Positions 55,220-64,000 of a DNA stretch of 64,000 nt are shown here, piece after piece. The stretch comes from Takakia lepidozioides (lineage: Eukaryota > Plantae > Bryophyta): positions 27,900,001-27,964,000 of the forward strand of contig CM060733.1 in NCBI GenBank assembly GCA_030704615.1, written 5' to 3'. The stretch's first letter is position 1; each line of letters starts with the position of its first letter. The notes under the pieces were generated by a model, which saw only the letters and a program-made list of their open reading frames with translations, was not told where the DNA came from and made no database searches. Made by a program: the position numbers and the translations under genes.

Positions 55220-58200
55220 CATACCTGGCTCCAGTAAGTGGCCTTGTGAAGCCATGTATCCAGCACATTGTCACTGACAGGAATGACACACTGTGTCTTC
55301 TTCTCTTTCTCCGGCCTGGGGAACATGTGGGTATCCCTAACAGTGGGATCAGAATTCCATATTTGTAGCCACTTCACCTTCTGTTCTGAAGACACAACGG
55401 CGGTAGACAACCTGTGTAACTTCTCCTGGGTCATCTCTGACTTGTCTGGCTTATTGTAATGGTTTTTTACCTCCAGAAGAAACTGCGATCCGAATGATGG
55501 GTCGGCAATTCTCAACTGCTTAACAAAAGCACTCATAATAGTCCTTCTTGTGGCGGTCATCTCTTTCTGGATGTGACTCTCAACCCCTTTGCTGTCCTTC
55601 TCTCCTCAGGGGTAGAGCTGTAGTATTCCAGTTTCCCACGCTCTCCTGCATCTGCAATGTCTTGCTGCAAGGGAATGCACGAGAGTTGCATCAACCCAAG
55701 GGCAAGGAAAACAAACAGCAAACATGTGGAAGCAGGAATATCGAAAAGGCCAGATGATGGAAGATGTATCTCACCGTGTACATATACTCCATGAAAGCCT
55801 CACGGGTCAACGAGTACCACGTTTCTGATGTCTTGGAGCTTTCGCACTTCTTGTACGTCTCTACTGAAAGGATGGTCTTGAAGTTGGTCAAGGGCATCTG
55901 CCCGATCCTTTGTATCATGTACAGTGTATCAACCAGACTCGTTTTGACATGCGATGTCTCCGTCCCTCTGCAGAATGATGTCTGAAAGTCAGAATGAAAT
56001 TCAAGGACCGTCAACAGAGGATTGGAACCAAAGAACCACGGAACCACAAGTGGAACATGTAGAATGAGAAACCAACTTGTTCACATCAATCATTGCCGTC
56101 AGAAGACCCATCATGTTCCCGTCACAATCCAGCACCATCGATCAAACAGAGTAATGCCAATCTTCCTCCTGTGAGTGCAGCCTCCCAATGACAGCCATCC
56201 ATGCAAGCAACCGGTGGTTGCCATCCCAAACATGAAACATCTTCCCTGAGAATGCCTGGGTGGAAGGTTTCCTGGAGAGAAGAAGTTCGAAGGATTCGTT
56301 CACCTGTCTCCAAATGGGATCCTAGGAGTCCACAATTGACTCATCCAGAAGGACCTCATTGCCTCTGGAATCCCTTGTAGAAACGTAAAAGACTGCGGAT
56401 CCATCCAAATACCCATGAACAAACTCGGCCTCCAGCATTAGGATGTCCTTGACGAGGGGTGGACGAACGACGGGCATGGAAACCAACCTACACAGGGGAA
56501 TCTTACGTGGCTGATTTTCACATGAAAAAAACAATGACAAGTTGGGCTCAAACAGTGTGCGTGGACGCACACTGTTTGAGCTGCCACTTAAGTGTGCATT
56601 GAAGCTCAAAGAGATGCCCTATGTTGCCGAGTTTCAGATTAAAAAAACAATGACATGGTGGGCTCAAACAGTGTGCGTTGACGCACACTTCTGGAGCTGC
56701 CAGGTAAGTGTGCATTGAAGCTCAAAGATATGCCCTACGTGGCCGATTTTCAGATTAAAAAAATAATGACATGGTGGGCTGGAACAGTGTGTGTTGACGC
56801 ACATTGCTGGAGCTGCCACGTAAGTGTGCATTGAAGCTCAAAGATATGCCCTACGTGGCCGATTTTCAAGAAAAAAAAAAAAAAGAAAAAAAAAACAATG
56901 ACATGGTGGGCTGGAACAGTGTGCGTTGACGCACACTGCTGGAGCTTCCACGTACGTGTGCATTGAAGCTCAAAGATATGCCCTACGTGGCCGATTTTCC
57001 AAAATAAAATAAAATAAAAGAAAAAAACAATGACATGGTGGGCTGGAACAGTGTGCATTGACGCACACTGTTTGAGCTGCCAGGTAAGTCTGCATTGAAC
57101 CTCAAATACATGCCCTATGTGGCCGATTTTCACATGAGAAAAACAATGACAAGTTGGGCTCAAACAGTGTGCGTTGACGCACACTGTTTGAGCTGCCACG
57201 TAAGTGTGCATTGAAGCTCAAAAAGATGCCCTATGTGGCCGATTTTTAGATTAAAAAAACAATGACATGGTGGGTGGGAACAGTGTGCGTTGACGCACAC
57301 TGTTTGAGCTCCCAGGTAAGTCTGCATTGAACCTCAAATACATGCCTTATGTGGCCGATTTTCACATGAAAAAAAACAATGACAAGGTGGGCTCAAACAG
57401 TGTGCGTTGATGCACACTGCTGGAGCTGCCAGGTAAGTGTGCATTGAAGCTCAAAGAGATGCCCTATGAGGCCGATTTCCAAATGAAAAAAACAATGATA
57501 AGGTGGGCTCAAACAGTGTGCATTGACGCACACTGCTGGAGCTGCCAGGTAAGTGTGCATTGAACCTGAAAGATATGCCCTATGAGGCCGATTTCCAAAT
57601 GAAAAAAACAATGACAAGGTGGGCTCAAATAGTGTGCATTTATGCACACTGTTGGAGCTGCCATGAAATTGTTGATTGAACCTCATAGAGATACCCTGTC
57701 TAGACGATTTTATTTTGGAAAAAACAATGAGAAGGGGGGCTCGAACAGTGTGCGTTGGCGCACACTGTTTGAGCTTCGTAATAGGGGTGGATTGAACCGG
57801 ACAGAGAGGCCCCTGTGTGCACCATTTCCAAACCAAAAAACAAGGCATAAGGGGGGCTCAAACAGTGTGCGTTGCCGCACACTGTTTGAGCTTCCAATTC
57901 GGGGTGGATTGAACCTGCCATAGTGGCCCTATGTGGCCGTTTTGCACATCAAAAAACAAGCAAAATGGGGGGCTCAAACAGTGTGCGTTGCCGCACACTG
58001 TTTCAGCTTCCAGTTCGGGGTGGATTCAACCTGCAAGAGATGCCGTGTGTAGGTTATTTTCATATCAAAATACAAGCACAACTGGGGTTCACATCAGCAA
58101 TGAAGCACAAAGGTGGGTCTCAAACATTGTACCTTTTTTTTGGCTGCTCCAGAAGACTCCCCAATCGTCGGGGACCCTTTGCGCTTCGGATTGCTCTCTA

Positions 58201-58590
58201 CGCCGAGCATGTTCTGAATCATCTCCCCCATCCTCTTTTCCACTATCTGGTTCTTCGTGAGGCCAGCATCAACATCATCTTCGGCGTCTGTCTCTCCCTC
58301 GGATGCAGTCTCCTCCTCACCTGTTCTTGGAAGTATGGCGGGCTGCTGTTCTTCTCCAGATTCTTGCTCTTCCATCGTCAGACTTTCGTCTTTGCCATAT
58401 TCTTTGCCCTTTTCCTCTTCGTCTACTATTTCCATCCTCATTCTATATTTGGCTCTATTCATGTTCCTAGTGCTCATGAAGTATAATGACTTTATTCTCT
58501 TCCTCCTCCGCTGGAAACAAGGGCTCCCCACGCTGCCTCTAGAGCTCTCCAGTTTGACGTTTGCAACAAGGGTTGCTATGGCATGTAACC
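55220..58590 (-). pseudogene. Spliced MULE accessory gene with ParB/Sulfiredoxin-like motif (ends uncertain; contains stops)
   Basis: Acidic N-terminal exon at ~58590-58130. After the repeat array: KIPLCRLVSMPVVRP..LEAEFVHGYLDGSAVFYVS..FSGKMFHVWDGNHRLLAW..LLTAMIDVN. Further exons include SHVKTSLVDTLYMIQRIG. Confidence 0.6.
56515..58075. repeat. Tandem array of 13 units (~116-131 bp), each with a 12-bp-arm palindrome
   Basis: AACAGTGTGCGT-TG-ACGCACACTGTT or variants at ~56551, 56667, 56784, 56915, 57047, 57163, 57279, 57397, 57512, 57628, 57744, 57861 and 57977. Confidence 0.95.
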
Positions 58591-59149
58591 AAAATAAAAA
58601 TTGGACATTGTTAACTGTATTTGGATGCGGGTGTTATCATTGTGGGTGAACGGAATTCATCCATTTCGGCGTCTTTGTATTGTCCAAGAAATAAAGTGCT
58701 AGAAAAAATGTACATCCGTTACATGTACTTGTGATATATGTTAGATGTACTTCGCCGCTTGCCAATATATGGCAGCCTTCTTGCATTCTTTCAAATTCGG
58801 AAGTGTCGTATAAATCTAATGCTAGTTCAATTTCGTGCAGTACTTGCATATTCGCAATAATTGTTATGCTTCACATATGCATCCACATGTGTTCTACTGC
58901 CTACTCTTTGGTTTGCATTTTGCCGTCACCGTCGCAATGGGGTCATTCGGTATAAAGGGTTTTGTCGGCAATGGTCATGTATTGCACACATTCGTGCGAG
59001 GTGTCTCCCGGAGTGTCAGTGTTTGTGCTGTGCTCTACTGGCACAGCACAACCTACCTGCGTTGGAATGAAATCGAGCGAGTCTATCTCGCTCCCTCGAC
59101 ATGTTTTCCTCCACTGATCGAAAGTTGCGATTCACAACGGAATCCCCGA

Positions 59150-60605
59150 ACTGATAGCCCGTAATTCTCGAAAGGGGATCCACCACAAACAAGGTTAGCA
59201 CTAACCCAAAGACTGCGGGCGATGCATGCAAAGGATGTAGGAATGACATGCACCAAACTTTGCAGACAACCACACTGAGAGACACCAACCAGAAAAACTG
59301 TTTTCAAAGACAAGAAGCCACAAGAAGCCGTGCTGTATTTGGATGAAAAACAAACCCTGAACATGACATGAAACCATCCATTATGGAAAGACGACAACAA
59401 CCCTGGAGAGCAGTAAACAGGAAGACCCCGAACTGACTACCACTACAGACGACGATGGGTTTGCAGTTGTTCATGAGGATGAGCTGGTTACAGTGTTCCC
59501 GCTGGAATTGGGTTCTCTCCTATTTCAAAAAGAGGTGTATGACGATGATGGGAATTTGGATTCTGGGCAGAAACCATTGGTTGGCGAGTGTGGAAGGAAG
59601 TGGAGAGTCCTTCCAGGCACATACCATGTCCTTGGAAAAGAGAGAAGACAATCAGCAGGATCAGTAGTTACCCCTGGCACTGCAGCATCAATCGTGCAGC
59701 AGAAGAGCACAGTTCATGTGAAACAAGAGGTGAGCACATCCACTACATTCGTGACTCTTTCAGACTCGTCCTCAGAGGATGTCTCTGAGATTCCTCCGCC
59801 AGTGCAGACTCCCATCTTGGATGATGACGAATTGCAGGAGATAACGAGTGTCATTCCGAAATTGAAAGCCCTCGCAGGGGTGCCTGGGTGCAATAACGAG
59901 CTGCGTTTTGTTGATTGGGAGTCCCTTCGTGTGCAGCGGATTCAATACGTGCCAACAGAGTTTGATGGGGACATCTTGTTTGAGCTCAACCCTCCCACGT
60001 CTTCCAGTGGACTGGCTGGGCTTTTACAGGGCATGGACAAGAAACATGACGGACACCCTTGGTGCAGGACAAAAACATCGAACATCCACAACGACATTGG
60101 ATTGAAATTTCGAAGGTCGATTTGCGTTGGGCATTGCAAGTTCGTGAATATTTCTTGCCCTCGGCTGAGAAACAGCGCTAATCGGCTGATCACGAATCGG
60201 GTGCAGATCGGGTGCAGATCGGGTGCAGATCACGAATGCAAGATGGAATCGGCTAGAATTTTGCAGGCTCGGGTGACTCGTATCACCGAAGTCCCTGCCC
60301 CGGGATATGGACGGATTTACACAGTGCTGTCTATTGGCTCAATTCTTCATGGCAAAGAATATCAGGTTACCGTGGGGAATTTCCCTAAATGCACTTGTCC
60401 GGATTTTGTAACGATGCGTGAGGGCGCTCTCGGCATGAGAAGGAAGTGGGTCCCCTGCAAGCATCAATATTACATATACATTGTAATTATGTGTTGCGAC
60501 GGTAAGAGAGACCAATTCATTCACCAAGCCACACTAGGCTACGGAAAAGTCATCACCCTTCTGCAGCAGGACACCTCACGTGGGGCTCCGCCAAATTCTC
60601 TTTAA
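59150..60605 (+). pseudogene. Mutator-like transposase with the catalytic core deleted
   Basis: DGHPWCRTKTSNI..RRSICVGHCKFVNISCP (N-terminal Zn/DNA-binding-like) is joined through a GATCGGGTGCA x3 junction to a SWIM finger CTCPDF..CKH. No DDE region is visible. Confidence 0.65.
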
Positions 60606-63584
60606 ACACATACGAGCCATGCCCGCTTCCCATGCTGGTTTCCAGGTTACCGTGTGAAGACTTTGCATTTATGACAAATACATTCATTTCGTTCACGGAA
60701 CCAGGGCAAATGCACATGCCATTCATTGTAAGCGTCTATCTGTGAATTGAAATAAAGTGTGTCAATCATTCTGAGCTCAAATCTGCCATATTTTCATATT
60801 CCTCTTTTTGTGCAGGCATTGCAGACATGGTGCATGGTGGCCCCCTTTGTTTTGTCCACGGTAATAGGTCCTCTTCCTGCAATCCTCGCCTATAGGACCT
60901 GCTTCTCCAGCAAATTTGTGCCGCTCACGCTTTGCAGCTTCAACGTGAGCTCAGCTCCCAGGCTCACGGGGCTGGGCTCACGCCGTAGCTACGCTGGCCA
61001 TATTCTTTACCCGTACAATACCACTCGACCATATACATGTCTAGGTCCATATTTGTCTTCCGTATTTTTCTCTTAGTCTGCTGGCTATGCTGCTTACTTC
61101 CTAAGCTCTCAAATCACAAGAAATATACTTGTCCATAGTTTGTTTTCGCTTGACACAATAAAGCTGTATTTAGAGTTAATAGCTGCTATTCTGCACATGA
61201 ATTTGGGAAGAGGTTGTGTACATCAAGTATGGTTAGAATTCTATGTTAATGCATCCTCATGTATGCCTTTTTGTGTGTGAGCGTGGGTTAGGTCATGCTT
61301 ACATTCTTGTGGCATAGGTCTTGTGTCCAGTTAGAACAGATCAGACTAGACTTCAATTTACAATTTACAACCTCCTCTTTAACAGTGCAAGGGGAAGAGG
61401 CTCTTATTTATATCAACTCCCTTTGGCATCATCTCACCCAGGCTCTCTCCAAGGGATTGCTCCCTTTCAAGAATAAAAATCAGTTAAGAAAACTGAGATT
61501 GGGCTTGGCCTGGCTGTAATCACATCTTTCCCCTCCCTCAGTCACATGACAGAGTCATCTTCTATGTTGACAGAGGAAGCCTAAACTTTCACGATGCAAG
61601 AAAATAAAATATGCACATTGAAAGGTTAATGTGCATGGTCAGTCCATTGACACATTGACCATGTGGATTTCCCACAATGACCACAATGACCACATGTTGT
61701 ATCCGGTGCAATGATTTCTCTCTACTACGTGTTTCTCTTATCTTTTTTGAGGTTTGAGAAGGGATAACAATGCTGCCTCTCTGCCAAGCTCAGCATGGAA
61801 GACTTCCCAAAGGTTGATACTTTTAGAGGAGCTTTCATAGCTTTCATAGCCCATCTATTTCTCAAAATGGATTGTGTGATCACCAAAGTGAAGATCTTCG
61901 AAATGTTCTTGGAGTGTTTTTTCAAACAATCAACTTGTTCTTATAGATATTCTTGCACTTGAGACTACACTCTTAGTAATATATAGATTCTTCACTGCCA
62001 ATGGTCTAGTCTCACCAGAAAGCAACAGTGGTTTGAGCCAGGAAAGATCACCATGCTTCAGGGTCTCCATCTTTGCTGTCGTTGAAGCTTGAAGGAATCC
62101 AGTAGGGGCTAGGTGTACCAGTATAGAGAAATGAATGCATAGAACACAACATGGTAGAATACAACCATGCATAAGAGAATAACCACGTCTTTCCACTTTC
62201 CAGGATGCTCCAATTTGTACATTGCGCCTCGAAGTTGGAGACAATTGTCAAGATCCATTAAGCCCCTGAATTCGGTCTCAAACATGCCCTGTCAAATCCA
62301 AAATGGCATCCATGTGGATAGTGAAAACTTTGTGGGTTTCTCTGTGCAACAAGGGTATGCTTGAAATTCAGTTATTTCTATTCTCACACCTCTTTTCCTC
62401 TTTTTTCCCAAACCAAACTGGGGATGGAGTCAATGAACATACTCCTAATTACAAAAAGCATTGCATGCTGAAGGATGAAACACAACCCAGACCACCAGAA
62501 TAGAGCTAAGCCCTTCATAATATATCTAGAAAAGCAGAGCATAAGATGGGGCTGATAGTTACCCGAATAGAATATGTGTGGAAGGAGATGTATGACACTG
62601 GATATGTCCAAATAAGCCTTGGAATGTCGTGAGCAAGTCAGAACTAGCCCCCAACTAGCAGAAATATGCTCTGCAATGTCCATTTAGAAATTGTGTTGGT
62701 ATTGTAAAGGGTATGCCAAAACTTGAAGACTACCGCACACAGATTTACATATTTATCTGTGGTGAGCTTTTTGTTCAGATCATGTTCATAGCACAAAATG
62801 ATCTGCCAAAATTTTTATTCAATGCTTGTTCTATGGCGAAGACACTGGCAGGATGCATACCTGAGATCCAGTTCCGACAACCATGGCCACAAAATAGTTT
62901 GGAACTATAGCTGCATCGCCATCATTAAGCTCTCAACTACCAGCAGACTGAAGAAGAGAACACCAACGAAATACATGAAGTGCCCAAATCCTGCATGCAG
63001 ACGCACAAAAACCTGCACATGGATAAAGATTTTGATTATTGTTTCCAGAATTATAGGCTTGAAGACGTTCAAGTTTCCAGAGGTTCACGTTGATTTCTAA
63101 AGCGAGAGTGAGCTTGGAAAATGCCTTGCTAGGTTCCATGCTTGAGGGTCTACAACAATGTTTGAGCACAAAAATGACACACATTCTCTTTGGATCTTAT
63201 GGAATTCAAGATTGCTTATTGAAATTTGTCAGTTAAAAAAAGTACTGTGAAGATGGTGGCTAAACAGTATGTAAGATCTATCGTTGTTGCTGAGATAGGT
63301 GGGTGAAGTCATATGGTTGAGAGAATGAACCTGCGTTTCCTGACAGTACAACGGGGAAGAAGCTTTGGCCAAAAACATCAAGTCCTCTAGTACAAAAAAA
63401 TAGACAAGAGGACCTAGCCTGCAGCATGCACCAAATGAGAATCAATTTCAGGAAACTTCCAAAACCCCCCTCATCCCCCTCGTCCCTTGTCCATAAAATA
63501 ATACTAGATTTCAAATTTCAAATTTCAAATTTGAACATGTGTAGCCATGTGTAACTATGCATATGATGGCTTCACTCCCACTAT

Positions 63585-63868
63585 GGTCATCATGTTAGGA
63601 TCATGACCACATGTGACATCTGCAATGTATGGGTGTATGTTTGACATGATTCATGTGTTGTGATGACGGCTGGCAGGCGGGGAAGGCGGGGGCGGGGGGT
63701 GGAGGGGGCGGGACGGGGTGGCGCGGGGCGGGGGGTGATGGGGGAGGGGGTCCCGGGCCGTCGAACCGCGAGCTGCACAGGAGCTGCGAAGTGGTGCGTC
63801 TGGGGGCGTGGGGGGTGCATGACCCTTGAGCTCGCATTAAACTCCCGGGCCTTTTCTAATGTGCGCCC
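63585..63868. repeat. GC-rich dispersed repeat, copy 2
   Basis: Aligns with 11400-11728 up to the same right end ..CTTTTCTAATGTGCGCC. Confidence 0.8.
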
Positions 63869-64000
63869 TAAGGGATTAGTTCATTCGATCAACGCAATAG
63901 AGTAGTGTCGGACAAGTTATGTCACTAGTTTAGGAATTTCATGGATGGAGCACATGACGCAACTGGGCAGATTACAAGGGTATTTGATTTTGACTTTGAC

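Larger units (their letters stand above)
53778..60996. mobile_element. Complete 7.2-kb Mutator-like element (deleted transposase, accessory gene, captured PPR piece)
   Basis: Perfect 9-bp TSD GCCATATTC at 53769-53777 and 60997-61005. Ends GGGGGGTGCTATTCCGTGAG and (reverse complement) CAGCGTAGCTACGGCGTGAG, with GTGAGCC subterminal repeats. Contains a SWIM-finger ORF. Confidence 0.85.

Noticed and set aside
56515-58075. CRISPR-like array of palindromic repeats
   Set aside because: The spacers are homologous to each other, the period is ~116 bp, there are no cas genes and the context is eukaryotic. It is a tandem repeat.
61100-63480. Possible degenerate gene
   Set aside because: No recognisable motifs or consistent exon structure could be supported.

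Overview
Eukaryotic, land-plant nuclear DNA; the hexokinase, PPR and MITE styles suggest a bryophyte or other seed-free plant (inference). The only clearly intact host gene is a 9-exon hexokinase (29532-34925, +, 510 aa) with a transit-peptide-like N-terminus. The rest is nested transposon debris: CACTA, a hAT transposase and MITEs with 8-bp TSDs, Mutator-like elements with 9-10-bp TSDs, chromoviral Gypsy remnants, an L1 remnant and a Dualen/RandI-like LINE. Tandem arrays and many decayed PLS-class PPR fragments are interleaved. Three observations stand out. (1) The PPR family here carries intron-split OSB-type 'PDF' ssDNA-binding motifs fused N-terminally to the PLS-E PPR array. (2) A complete 7.2-kb Mutator-like element carries a ParB/Srx-motif (WDGNHR) accessory gene that is interrupted by 13 palindromic repeats; their CGTCAACG core also occurs in the array of a non-autonomous relative. 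(3) A LINE has RNase H, a CCHC finger and a REL endonuclease, a separate APE fragment lies at the window start, and a ~70-bp copy of the LINE's structured 3' end sits inside the hAT transposase. All calls come from manual reading and translation; no database searches were run, and boundaries without a TSD are approximate.
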